A stretch of DNA of 64,000 bases from Deltaproteobacteria bacterium. Lineage in GTDB: Bacteria; Desulfobacterota; SM23-61. The translations under genes were made by a program, and so were the position numbers. Every line of letters begins with the position of its first letter. The first letter of the stretch is position 1. Location: positions 15,616-79,615 of the forward strand of contig VGSF01000007.1 of NCBI GenBank assembly GCA_016875165.1, read 5' to 3'. Shown here piece by piece: positions 10,215 to 20,066 of the stretch. Under the pieces are notes generated by a model that saw only the letters and a program-made list of their open reading frames with translations, was not told the DNA's origin and did not search any database.

Positions 10215-11396
10215 TTAAAGTCTTTCGAAGATCGTGGCTAACCCCTGACCTCCGCCGATGCACAAAGAAGCGATGCCGTACCTTCCGCCGCTCCTCTTAA
10301 GTTCGTTGATCGTGAATATAGCCAGGCGGGTTCCGCTCATGCCGTTGGGATGCCCAAAGGCAATGGCTCCTCCGTTGGGGTTGAGTTTTTCCGGGGTAAT
10401 AGAATTTCCCTGCGCTTCCAGGTCCTTCACGCAGGCCAGCACCTGGGCGGCAAAAGCCTCGTTGATCTCGATGACCTCCATATCGGACATCCTTAACCCG
10501 GCTCTTTGCAGGGCTTTGGGCATGGCATAGGCCGGCCCAATGCCCATGATTTTGGGATCCACGCCCGCTACCGCGCAGGTTACCCACCGGGCCAAAGGTT
10601 TATAACCCAATTCCTTAGCCTTCTCCGCGGTCATCATAAGGACAGCGGCTGCGCCGTCATTACGCCCTGAAGAAGTTCCGGCCGTAACCGTCCCATTTTT
10701 TTTAAATACCGGAGGCAGGGTGGCCAATTTTTCCATGGAGGTCTCCCGGGGATGTTCGTCCGTGTCGAAAACAATCTGGCCTTTTTTCTGGGAAATGATC
10801 AGGGGAATAATCTCTTCTTTGAAATAACCGGCGCGGATGGCTTTCATAGCCAGCTCCTGGCTGCGCAAGCCAAAGGCCTCCTGTTCTTCCCGCGATATTT
10901 TATATTTCTCCACCAGGTTTTCAGCTGTGACCCCCATAACCAGGCTGTCCTCGGGAGTGGGCGCGGTCTCGCGGCGAAGGATCTGCGGAGGAGTGAAGGA
11001 GTAAGCTTCCTCGGCCCTGGGTATCATCCAGGGGCACTGGCTCCAGCTCTCCATTCCTCCGGCGATGTAGATGTCGCCCAGCCCGGCCAGGATCTGGGTG
11101 GCCGCATAATTGATGGCCTGCAATCCTGAAGAACACTGCCTTTCTACCGTGGCGCCGGGAAGACTGTAGGGGAGGCCGGCCTTTAGGACCGCCCAGCGTG
11201 TCGGGTTATAGGCCGCATGCCAGGAATTGGAAAGGCCCATGATTGCATCCTCGACTAAGCTGGGGTCAATGCCGGTTTTATCAACGATTCCCCGGATAAC
11301 AAAGGCCCCTAATTCTTCGGGCCGGTAGCGCGCTATTGTGCCGCCCATGCGTCCAATGGCTGTCCGCACACAGCCCACGATCACCACTTCTCTCAT
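10215..11396 (-). CDS. Thiolase (acetyl-CoA C-acyltransferase)
   Basis: RQCSSG, NEAFA, GHPNG, CIGGGQG catalytic motifs. Confidence 0.95.
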   Translation of the reverse strand: MREVVIVGCVRTAIGRMGGTIARYRPEELGAFVIRGIVDKTGIDPSLVEDAIMGLSNSWHAAYNPTRWAVLKAGLPYSLPGATVERQCSSGLQAINYAATQILAGLGDIYIAGGMESWSQCPWMIPRAEEAYSFTPPQILRRETAPTPEDSLVMGVTAENLVEKYKISREEQEAFGLRSQELAMKAIRAGYFKEEIIPLIISQKKGQIVFDTDEHPRETSMEKLATLPPVFKKNGTVTAGTSSGRNDGAAAVLMMTAEKAKELGYKPLARWVTCAVAGVDPKIMGIGPAYAMPKALQRAGLRMSDMEVIEINEAFAAQVLACVKDLEAQGNSITPEKLNPNGGAIAFGHPNGMSGTRLAIFTINELKRSGGRYGIASLCIGGGQGLATIFERL

Positions 11397-11702
11397 ATCC
11401 TTGCTCCTTTCTGGTTTTTTATCACTCTCAGTATCCTCTCGGGTTTTAAGATATTAATGAACAATTGCGCGCAAGTCAATTTTTTCAAACCGTTAAACTG
11501 ATGCAAAAATTTTTATTTCTGGATGATTTCAGTTATAATACTCGTCAGATGAAATTTTAATCTGGATGCATGTTATAGCCGATGATTACTGGAAAATTTA
11601 TTTATCTAACCCTCTTTTGAATTCTGTATTCGAAAGTTCAGTCCCGGCCATCAGCGTTCATCTGTATCCCCAAATATATTATGTGGAGGTTTTGGAAAAA
11701 AC

Positions 11703-13124
11703 ATGGAGGCGGAGCGAAGAAGTATCTTTGATAAAATTTTCTTTCCTGAAAGTGTGGCCATTGTCGGCATATCCCGGACATACACCGGCCTCGGCGGGCA
11801 ATTCTTCTTGAGGAATCTGCAACGGGCTGGATACCCCGGGCGGATTTTTTTGATTAATCCCACTGCCGGGGAGATCAACGGAATACCCGCTTATTCCAGC
11901 CTGGCGGCTCTTCCAGAATCAGTGGACCTGGCCATCATTTGCGTTCCCGCTCAGTTTGTTCCATCAGTTCTAAATGAATGCCGCTTGAAGGGGATACTAA
12001 ACGTGCATATCCTGACATCCGGGTTCAAGGAATTGGGAACCCCTGAGGGCATTCGTCTGGAGAAGGAGATAGAGCAGATCGCCTTAAAAGGCCGGATCAA
12101 CGTCATCGGACCCAATTGTATGGGGCCGTACGCGCCCGCTTCCCGGTTGATGCTCTGGGGCCAGATACCCGCAAGTTCTGGCTCTTTAGCCTTTTTGTCG
12201 CAGAGCGGGACTCTCACTCAGCGAATTACCGAACACGCCCATTTCACGGGAATAGGTCTCAGTAAAGCAGTCAGTTTCGGAAATGCTGCGGGACTCGACA
12301 GTACGGAATATCTGGAATACCTGGCCGATGATCCGCAAACAAAAGTTATTGGCCTTTATCTGGAGAGCGTCCGGAACGGGCGGCGTTTATTGAATCTGGC
12401 CCGGCATATCAATCCTGTAAAGCCCCTGGTAATCTGGAAGGGAGGGGAAACCCCCTCGGGGGCCGGGGCTGTAGCTTCCCATACCGGAACGCTTTCCGGG
12501 CAGGATCAAATCTGGGAGAGCGGCCTAAGACAAGCGGGAGTCACCCGGGTTCGTTCTCTGGATGAGGTCGTTGGCACAGCCATGGCTTTCCTCTATCTAC
12601 CTCCGGCCAGAGGGCGGCGGTTGTTCATCCTGGGAGGAGGAGGAGGAAACAGCGTCTATTATGCGGACATTTGCATGGGCATGGGCCTGCAAACGCCATC
12701 CTTAACCGGTAAGACCCGGGAAAAATTGACGGCCCTGGTCCCTGCCGTCGGTTCCTTCGCCCGCAACCCTGTGGATGCCTGGAGGTCTTTTCACGACCCG
12801 GATTTTTTGGGAAAAATCCTGGAGCCGGTTTTTGAGGATCAGGGGCTGGATATGATCATCGTGGACCGGTTGATTCCTCGTATGACTTATGCTCAGCCTG
12901 AAGAAAAAGACACCACCCACGAGGCCATCGAATACCTCAGGAAAAACCGCTCCCGCAAACCCCTGGCGGTTGTAGTCGACGGTAACGGAGAAGACCCTGT
13001 CCTGGCTACGAAAGCAGCGCGGCTGCGCCAGAGATTCTGCCGGGCCGGCGTTCCGGCTTATGCTTCGCTGCCGTTAGCCTCCCGGGCCTTGGCTCATCTT
13101 GCGGCCTACTATGAGAAGAAGTAA
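11703..13124 (+). CDS. Acyl-CoA synthetase (NDP-forming), alpha-type subunit only
   Basis: PESVAIVG, GPNCMG, SQSG, ASHTG phospho-His, NPVD; no ATP-grasp domain. Confidence 0.85.
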   Translation: MEAERRSIFDKIFFPESVAIVGISRTYTGLGGQFFLRNLQRAGYPGRIFLINPTAGEINGIPAYSSLAALPESVDLAIICVPAQFVPSVLNECRLKGILNVHILTSGFKELGTPEGIRLEKEIEQIALKGRINVIGPNCMGPYAPASRLMLWGQIPASSGSLAFLSQSGTLTQRITEHAHFTGIGLSKAVSFGNAAGLDSTEYLEYLADDPQTKVIGLYLESVRNGRRLLNLARHINPVKPLVIWKGGETPSGAGAVASHTGTLSGQDQIWESGLRQAGVTRVRSLDEVVGTAMAFLYLPPARGRRLFILGGGGGNSVYYADICMGMGLQTPSLTGKTREKLTALVPAVGSFARNPVDAWRSFHDPDFLGKILEPVFEDQGLDMIIVDRLIPRMTYAQPEEKDTTHEAIEYLRKNRSRKPLAVVVDGNGEDPVLATKAARLRQRFCRAGVPAYASLPLASRALAHLAAYYEKK

Positions 13125-13183
13125 GCTTTCAGCTGTCAGCAATCATCTTTCAACTAAAAACAAACAGCTGAAAGCTGAGGGCA
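13123..13183. repeat. Heptamer (TCAGC/GCTGA) inverted repeat pair between convergent genes
   Basis: GCTTTCAGCTGTCAGCAATCA...AGCTGAAAGCTGAGGGC. Confidence 0.6.
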
Positions 13184-13185
13184 AC

Positions 13186-13374
13186 TTATTTCTTTTCCGA
13201 TTCCAGGACTCCGGCAATAGCATAGTTGTTCTTAGCCATGTCATGCAGGATGATGCGCACGGCTTCGGGTTTGACGTTCAGGGATTTGGTCACGGCCTCG
13301 GTCATGGATTCGACCAGACTTCTCTTTAGGTCCAAAGTTCTTCCTTCCAGCATGTGCACGTGAATGATGGGCAT
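13186..13374 (-). CDS. 4-oxalocrotonate tautomerase family protein
   Basis: 62 aa, catalytic Pro after Met, EGRT...KR motif, AIAG C-terminus. Confidence 0.92.
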   Translation of the reverse strand: MPIIHVHMLEGRTLDLKRSLVESMTEAVTKSLNVKPEAVRIILHDMAKNNYAIAGVLESEKK

Positions 13375-13568
13375 GGGCTCCTCCTTTTTTTACCTCGACA
13401 GAAATAAAGGTCGAGATATTATAGAATGGGAATGGCGCTTATTATAAACGAATTGGGGAGGGAATAAAAGCAATCATTTGCCCAACCACTGAGGCCTGGA
13501 ATATTTTTCCAAAAAAGACGTGAATTTGTTAAAATGATCCTTCCAAATATTTTTGAGGTGAATAATTT

Positions 13569-15545
13569 ATCGTCGAGATAAAAGAAATCGAGAAATCTTA
13601 CGGAGAAAAAATTCTCTTTACTGGCTCCTCCCTGCGTCTGGGGGCGCGGGATCGCCTGGGGCTGGTGGGTCCGAATGGATCGGGGAAAACCACGCTTTTC
13701 CGGCTGATCGCCGGAGAGGAGCGTCCGGACCGGGGAGAGATTTTGATTCGGCGGGGAGTCCAGATCGGCTATCTTTCCCAGGAACCCATGCCGGCCAGGG
13801 GGGAGTCCCTGCTGGCAGAAGTCCAGAGCGGGATGAAAGGCCTTCTCATCCTGGAAGATAAAATGCGCCTCTTAGCAGAAGAAATATCCGAAGAAAAGGA
13901 GCAACAAGCCCTGGAAGCTCTGGCGAAAGCCTACGGGCAGCTCGAGGAACGCTATGCCCGCCAAGGGGGATACGCCCTGGAAGCCCAGGCCAAGGCCATT
14001 CTGCTTGGCCTGGGATTTCGAGAAGCCGATGTAAATCGTTCTACTGAAGAACTCAGCGGAGGGTGGCTGATGCGCTTGGCCCTGGCCAAAATCCTCCTGG
14101 CCACTCCCGACTTGCTTCTCCTGGATGAGCCCACCAATCACCTGGACCTGGAATCGCTCATCTGGCTGGAAAATTTTTTAAGCGAATATATGGGCGCTAT
14201 CGTTGTGGTCTCCCACGACCGCGATTTTTTGAACCGGGTGGTTACCAAGATCCTGGCTATAGAAGAGAAGAAAATCAACTCTTATCCGGGAAATTACGAC
14301 TTCTATATGCAGGCCCGGGAAAAAAAGAAAGCCCTCCTAATAGCGGCCCTGGATAATCAACGCAAAAAAATCAAACAGACCGAGAAGTTCATTGAACGCT
14401 TTCGCTATAAGGCCACCAAAGCCCGGCAGGTGCAAAGCCGGATGAAAATGATGGAAAAACTGGATCGGGTGCAGATGGCCGACTCGCCCAAGACCATTCG
14501 TTTTAACTTTCCCCAGCCGGCCCGCAGCGGCAAGGTGATTGTAGAATTAAGATCAGTGCACAAGGCTTATGGACCTGTGCAAGTTTATTCCGGCGTTGAC
14601 CTGACTCTTTTGCGGGAGGACAAAGTAGCCCTGGTAGGGCCCAATGGCGCCGGAAAATCGACCCTCCTTAAGCTTCTGGCAGGAATTCTTAAGCCGGATG
14701 GTGGAAGAATCGGATGGGGGCACAAGGTCACTTCCGCCTACTTTGCCCAGCACCAATTGGAACTTCTGGATCCGGCGAAAACAGTCTGGGAAGAAATTTT
14801 TTTTCTGGCCCGGGATGAATCCCTAAGCTTTCTCCGGGGCCTGCTGGGGGCGTTTCTTTTTTCCGGAGATGAGGTGGAGAAAAAAGTTTCCGTCTTAAGC
14901 GGCGGGGAAAAGAGCCGGCTGGTGCTGGCCAAGATGCTCATGCGTCCGGCTAATTTCCTGCTGCTGGATGAACCCTCCAACCATCTGGACATTGCCGCCC
15001 GGGATGTATTGGAAAGGGCCTTGCGAAACTTCCAGGGCGCTCTTTGCTTCATCACCCATGATCGCCATCTGATTAACGCTGTGGCCAATAAAGTCATTGA
15101 AGTGAAGGCAGGTTGCCTCTCTGTCTACCCGGGAAATTACGACGACTACCTTTACAAAAAGAAAATGGAAACAGAGAATGCTAAACCATCTGCGGATGAT
15201 AATTCGGAATTTAAGGAACACTCATCCCGAAGAACCAGAGAACACAAGCGGCTGGAAGCCGAGGCCCGCAACCTTTTTTATCGGGAAACGCTGGAGTTGC
15301 GGCAGAAAATTCAGGGAGTGGAACAGAATTTAGATCAGGCCACGGAAGAGATGGAAAAGGTAGCCATCCGATTGTCCGACCTGGAAATTTATCGCCAGGG
15401 AGAAAATATTCCCGGGCTTTTGAAAGCTCACGCCGAAGCTAAGAAGCGCGTTGACACTTTGACGACCGAATGGGAAACGCTGGCTCAGCAGCTTGAAAAG
15501 CTGGAGCAACCCCGGCTATCTTTTTTGGATGCCGTTGAACGTTAA
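13569..15545 (+). CDS. ABC-F family ATPase with C-terminal coiled coil (start codon non-canonical or uncertain)
   Basis: Two ABC cassettes (GPNGSGKT/LSGGW/DEPTNHLD; GPNGAGKS/LSGGE/DEPSNHLD), no TM segments. Frame stays open upstream of ORF-track start 13665 and encodes IVEIKEIEKSYGEKILF. Confidence 0.9.
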   Translation: MVEIKEIEKSYGEKILFTGSSLRLGARDRLGLVGPNGSGKTTLFRLIAGEERPDRGEILIRRGVQIGYLSQEPMPARGESLLAEVQSGMKGLLILEDKMRLLAEEISEEKEQQALEALAKAYGQLEERYARQGGYALEAQAKAILLGLGFREADVNRSTEELSGGWLMRLALAKILLATPDLLLLDEPTNHLDLESLIWLENFLSEYMGAIVVVSHDRDFLNRVVTKILAIEEKKINSYPGNYDFYMQAREKKKALLIAALDNQRKKIKQTEKFIERFRYKATKARQVQSRMKMMEKLDRVQMADSPKTIRFNFPQPARSGKVIVELRSVHKAYGPVQVYSGVDLTLLREDKVALVGPNGAGKSTLLKLLAGILKPDGGRIGWGHKVTSAYFAQHQLELLDPAKTVWEEIFFLARDESLSFLRGLLGAFLFSGDEVEKKVSVLSGGEKSRLVLAKMLMRPANFLLLDEPSNHLDIAARDVLERALRNFQGALCFITHDRHLINAVANKVIEVKAGCLSVYPGNYDDYLYKKKMETENAKPSADDNSEFKEHSSRRTREHKRLEAEARNLFYRETLELRQKIQGVEQNLDQATEEMEKVAIRLSDLEIYRQGENIPGLLKAHAEAKKRVDTLTTEWETLAQQLEKLEQPRLSFLDAVER

Positions 15546-15607
15546 AACCGTTTAGTTGGTTAACTCCCCAAACGAACCTAACTAAGCTAACGAACTTGAT
15601 TGTATAG

Positions 15608-15771
15608 GAGCCTCTTGCAAAACTCAAAATATGGCGCTCAATCGTCATTCCGGGCAAGCGAAGCGCGACCCGGAATCCAGGATTATCAAATACTTCTGGA
15701 TTCCGGCTGGAGTTTATCCCGATGAAAATCGGGGCCGGAATGACCGAATAAATGACATTTGCAAAGGCCTC
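15608..15771. mobile_element. MITE family B ends with GTCATTCCGG-type cargo (164 bp)
   Basis: GAGCCTCTTGCAAAA / TTTGCAAAGGCCTC ends; TSD ATAG; an uninterrupted copy of the target sequence is present at 17030-17062. Confidence 0.85.
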
Positions 15772-15797
15772 ATAGGAAATTCCTTTTTTCAACTTTA

Positions 15798-16082
15798 GTA
15801 ACACTTTAGCCCTTTGAGCCTCTTGCAAAAGTATTTTTTTGTGGTTCGACAAGCTTGTCCTGAGCGAACCGTTCACCCTTCGAGAACCTCAGGGCGAACG
15901 GTGAGTCGAAGGGCTCACCACGAACGGAAAAAATAAATAATTTCAACCTAAGCCCGTTCACCCTGAGCTTGTCGAAGGGTAAATTACGCACTTTTGCAAG
16001 AAGCTCCTTTGAAAAGAGGTGGGGCGTACGGTCAGAGGGAATCCATGGTCCGGGGGCCTGGGCGGCCTCCGCCTTAGGCGGA
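15798..16082. mobile_element. Degenerate partial MITE family A interrupted by family B
   Basis: GTAACACTTTAGCCCTTT left end, resuming after 16010 as GAAAAGAGGTGG...TCCGCCTTAGGCGGA. Confidence 0.75.
15816..16006. mobile_element. MITE family B copy 1 (191 bp)
   Basis: GAGCCTCTTGCAAAAGT / ACTTTTGCAAGAAGCTC; TSD CTTT. Confidence 0.92.
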
Positions 16083-16231
16083 TCACTTTTGACACTTATC
16101 CTTTATTTTTTCGGTCTTAAGAACTCTGTGATCTCTATGCCCTCTGTGGCTAATTTAATCTTTTTCAGCGTATATCGACGCAGATCAGCGTCCTGATTGT
16201 TTGATTTTAAAACCCAATGAGGAGGAGAATA

Positions 16232-17002
16232 ATGAAAGATCTGTTCAGTTTACGAGGCAAAGTCGCTATTGTGACCGGAGGTAACGGAGGAATCGGCCTG
16301 GGAATTGCCAGGGGGTTCGCGGGAGAAGGGAGCGATATGGTCATCGCCGCTCGCAACCAGGGCAAAACGGCCGAAGTAGTGCGGGCGATGGAAAAAGAAT
16401 ATGGAGTAAGCGTGTTGGGTGTTAAGCTGGATGTGCGGGAGGAAGAGCAGATCCGGGCCATGGTCAAGCAAGTAATTGAAAAATTCGGACGAATCGATAT
16501 TCTGGTGAATAACGCCGGCATGAATATCCGCAAGCTCCCCCAGGAATTGTCTGCATCAGAGTGGGATGAAATACTCGATGTCAACCTGCGCAGCGCCTTC
16601 TTATGTTCCAATGCCGTTTACCCGGCGCTGAAGAAAACAGGCGGAGGAAAGATCATCAACATCGGCTCGATGACTTCCATCCTCGGAGGCGCCAAGCTGG
16701 CGCCCTATGGGGCAAGCAAAGGAGGGATCGTGCAACTGACGCGCAGCCTGGCCGCCGCCTGGGGACCGGATAACATTCAAGTGAACGCCATTTTGCCGGG
16801 GTGGATCAACACCGATCTGACCGTGGGGGCGCGCAGGGATATGCCCGGTCTGGACGAGAAGGTGCACTCAAGGACGCCAGCCGGCCGCTGGGGCGAGCCC
16901 GAAGATTTAATGGGCACAGCCGTTTTCCTGGCCAGCAGAGCCTCGGACTTCGTGACAGGAGTGGCTTTGCCGGTCGATGGCGGTTTTTCCATAATGCTCT
17001 GA
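16232..17002 (+). CDS. Classical SDR oxidoreductase (KduD/gluconate 5-dehydrogenase-like)
   Basis: TGGNGGIG, NNAG, YGASK, ILPGW; start moved to ATG 16232 after GAGGAG. Confidence 0.9.
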   Translation: MKDLFSLRGKVAIVTGGNGGIGLGIARGFAGEGSDMVIAARNQGKTAEVVRAMEKEYGVSVLGVKLDVREEEQIRAMVKQVIEKFGRIDILVNNAGMNIRKLPQELSASEWDEILDVNLRSAFLCSNAVYPALKKTGGGKIINIGSMTSILGGAKLAPYGASKGGIVQLTRSLAAAWGPDNIQVNAILPGWINTDLTVGARRDMPGLDEKVHSRTPAGRWGEPEDLMGTAVFLASRASDFVTGVALPVDGGFSIML

Positions 17003-17213
17003 TAAAATAACGAATCTCCGTTTAATTCAATTGTATAGGAAATTCCTTTTTTCAACTTTAGTGTAGCCTGCAGATGGATCACTTTAGATGTTTGAGATAT
17101 TCTTTACTTTTTCTTTTTCTTAATCATGGTTTTAAAACTCTGTGATCTCTGTGCCCTCTGTGGCTAATTTTAATTTAAGGTGATCAATAATTCTTTTACC
17201 TTAGGAGAAAAAT

Positions 17214-19313
17214 ATGCGCGAGATTTTTTACCCCAACAGCGTAGCCGTGATCGGAGTCTCCACTTCCTCCGACAACATGGGACGGGGGATTGTCTTTAAC
17301 CTTACTGAATTTGGCTTTCAGGGAATCATTTATCAAGTAGGGCCTAAAGGAGGGGTCTTCGCCGGACGGCGAATCTACAAATCCGTCCTGGACATTCCCG
17401 ACCACCTGGACCTGGCTGTCATCCTCACGCCCGCCCGTACAGTCCCGGCAATTCTCGAAGAATGCGGGCAAAAAAGAATTCAGTGGGCAGTCGTGGAGTC
17501 CGCCGGCTTTCGCGAATTTGGAGAAGCCGGGAAAAAAATCGAGGAAGAGATCATCCGGGTGGCCGCGAAATATAACTTGCGCTTTGTGGGCCCGAACTGC
17601 ATCGGGGTGATCAACATGGAGAATGGCCTCTGTACTCCTTTTCCGCCCCTGAGACGTATCGTCCGCCACGGAGACATCTCCATGATCTCCCAGAGCGGGG
17701 GGGTAGGCATGTCCGTTCTAAACCTCATGGGCAATGAAGGTTTGGGTCTGAACAAGTTCGTTTCCGCCGGGAATATGCTGAACATTCAGACCGAAGAGCT
17801 TCTATCCTATTTTATCGAAGACCCGGGAACAAAGTACATCCTGCTCTACTTAGAGGGCATCCAGGACGGGCGCAAGCTCATGGAGGTCGCCTCTCGTTCC
17901 ACCAAACCCATCGTGGCCTTTAAAGCCAATATCGGGCAGTTCGGCAAAGCTATTGCCTCCTCCCACACGGCTTCCCTATCCAGCAATGACAAAGTAGTGG
18001 ATGCGGCCTTCCGCCAGTGCGGAATCATACGCGTCCACGATGCCACCACTCTGGGCAACGATCTGAAGATTCTCCGCCTGCCGGCGATGCGGGGAAAGAA
18101 CCTGGCCATCATCTCCCGTTCGGGCGGCCATGCCGTGATTGCCGCCGATGCCTGCGAAATGTCCGGATTTTCCCTGGCGCCATTTCCCCGAGAATTCCTT
18201 GAAGAAGTCGAAAGTCATTTTCGGGCCTCGGTGATCAAGCTGACCAATCCCCTTGACCTGGGCGATCTTTTCGACCTGGACATCTACCTAAAAATTATCG
18301 ACCGCACCCTGGCCCAGAAAGGAGTGGATGGAATTGTCTTTCTGCACACCTTCAACGCCATGATGGAAGGACAGAAGTCCAGGGACCTCTTCCTTCAGGT
18401 TATTGAGCTTTCCAAAAAATATGATAAGCCGGTGGCCCTCTATGTATCCACCGAAGACCAGGAAGTGAACTACCTGAAAAGAAATTTAAATTATCCCGTT
18501 TTCACCCAGGTGGTGGAAACTGTTCGGGCCTTAGGACTGAACCGCCGGTATCATGGCGAGATGCTCCGTATCCGTCAACCCAAGGAGATTTTATCCTTCC
18601 AGGTGGATGAGAAAACAGCCCGGTATTTGCTGGAAAAACCCCATCTGGAGAAAAGGGATCTATTACTGCATGAAGCGGCTGAAGTCCTTAGCATATACGG
18701 AATTCCCATGGTGCGCGGCGCGCCCGTTCCCGATGAAAAAGAGGCCATCAAAGCAGCCAAAGATCTGGGTTTTCCCGTAGCCATGAAAGTCATCTCCAAG
18801 GAGATTTCCCATAAATCCGACGTCGGGGGAGTACAACTGAACCTGCGCAGCGAGGTCGGAGTGGCGGATGCTTACCAGGATATGACCAGAAGGATCCGCC
18901 AGGCTTACCCGGAGGCAAAGATCGAGGGCGTCCTGATTCAACCCATGGTCACAGGGGGACGGGAGTTGATCGTTGGCGGAAGACAGGATGAGCAATTCGG
19001 ACCCGTGGTTATGGTCGGACTGGGCGGGATCTTTGTGGAGATCTTCGGCGAAGTGTCCGTGCGGGTGGCCCCCATTTCCCGCGGCGAGGCCCTGGAGATG
19101 ATCGACGAGCTGCGATGCTCAGCCATTTTTAAAGGGGCCCGGGGTATGAAACCGTCTGACCTTGAGGCCGTGGCCGAGGTACTCCTGCGGCTTTCTCAGT
19201 TACTCTGTGATCTCCCCGAGATCCGCGAGATCGACATCAACCCCCTTAGGGTCTTCCAGGAGAAAGAAGGCTGCCTGGCCCTGGACGTGCGCATGATTTT
19301 GGGAAAAGATTAA
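17214..19313 (+). CDS. Acetate/acyl-CoA ligase (ADP-forming), fused alpha-beta
   Basis: CoA-binding N-domain, GPNCIG, SSHTA, ATP-grasp HKSDVGGV...FGPVVMVGLGG...DINP. Confidence 0.92.
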   Translation: MREIFYPNSVAVIGVSTSSDNMGRGIVFNLTEFGFQGIIYQVGPKGGVFAGRRIYKSVLDIPDHLDLAVILTPARTVPAILEECGQKRIQWAVVESAGFREFGEAGKKIEEEIIRVAAKYNLRFVGPNCIGVINMENGLCTPFPPLRRIVRHGDISMISQSGGVGMSVLNLMGNEGLGLNKFVSAGNMLNIQTEELLSYFIEDPGTKYILLYLEGIQDGRKLMEVASRSTKPIVAFKANIGQFGKAIASSHTASLSSNDKVVDAAFRQCGIIRVHDATTLGNDLKILRLPAMRGKNLAIISRSGGHAVIAADACEMSGFSLAPFPREFLEEVESHFRASVIKLTNPLDLGDLFDLDIYLKIIDRTLAQKGVDGIVFLHTFNAMMEGQKSRDLFLQVIELSKKYDKPVALYVSTEDQEVNYLKRNLNYPVFTQVVETVRALGLNRRYHGEMLRIRQPKEILSFQVDEKTARYLLEKPHLEKRDLLLHEAAEVLSIYGIPMVRGAPVPDEKEAIKAAKDLGFPVAMKVISKEISHKSDVGGVQLNLRSEVGVADAYQDMTRRIRQAYPEAKIEGVLIQPMVTGGRELIVGGRQDEQFGPVVMVGLGGIFVEIFGEVSVRVAPISRGEALEMIDELRCSAIFKGARGMKPSDLEAVAEVLLRLSQLLCDLPEIREIDINPLRVFQEKEGCLALDVRMILGKD

Positions 19314-19404
19314 ATATCTGTTTAAGGACCAACGATCTTATATCTTAATGGAATTTAATTATAAAACCTAACCAAAGATATTTGAAATTTTAAGGTTTGC
19401 TTTT

Positions 19405-19541
19405 TAAATCCGAAATCCGAATATCGAAATCCGAAACAAATTTCAAATTCGAATGTTCAAATGACTTAAACAAAAGCGATGTTTGGGATTTGGAACATTT
19501 GGAATTGTTTCGAGTTTCGAATTTCGTGCTTCGAAATTAGA
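19405..19541. repeat. AAATCCG/TTTCGAA heptamer inverted array
   Basis: AAATCCGAAATCCGAATATCGAAATCCGAAAC...GTTTCGAGTTTCGAATTTCGTGCTTCGAAATT. Confidence 0.75.
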
Positions 19542-19596
19542 ATTTAGGCATCCCTTTTTTATAAATGTTAGAAGAAAATTCTCAGACTGAATGGGA

Positions 19597-19659
19597 CACC
19601 GGGAGGGACGTTGTTGCACCCGTTGCGCACCGGGAGGGACGTTGTTGCACCCGTTGCGT
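19597..19659. repeat. 31-bp tandem duplication containing the RAYT-flanking repeat
   Basis: CACCGGGAGGGACGTTGTTGCACCCGTTGCG x2; 24-bp inverted copy at 20085-20108. Confidence 0.9.
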
Positions 19660-19733
19660 AGCGGGATCAGATGAGGAATATGCATTATAGCATTACTGGA
19701 TACGTTGCTTGAGAATCAGGAACAGAAACGCAC

Positions 19734-20066
19734 ATGCCAAGAAAAGCGCGATTAGATGTTCCCGGAGCTTTACACCACATCATGGTGCGCGGGGTCAACA
19801 AGTCAGCCATCTTCGATGATGACCAGGATAGACAGAAGTTAATGGAGCGGTTGGAAGAGAACATTGTTGAAGCAAAGTGCTCGATTTATGCCTGGGTTCT
19901 TATGACAAATCATTTATTATTCAAGAACGGCGGCAAAGGCAATTCAACGGTTATGCGGAAGCTTCTGACCTGGTACGCCATCTATTACAACCGACATCAT
20001 CGGCGAATAGGCCAGTGTACATCGACTGTCACGCGAGCACTAACCAGATCGGAGAAGGCGGCATGA
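19734..20066 (+). pseudogene. Internally deleted REP-associated tyrosine transposase (RAYT/Y1)
   Basis: MPRKARLDVPGALHHIMVRG...YAWVLMTNH; second His of HUH missing; ends shortly after YYNRHHRRIG, before the catalytic Tyr region. Confidence 0.85.

Noticed and set aside
15806-15991. Recurrent ORF VRNLPFDRLRVNGLRLKLF (also 39892-40248, 53360-53883 and the extension of 30816-31223)
   Set aside because: Translation of MITE family B.
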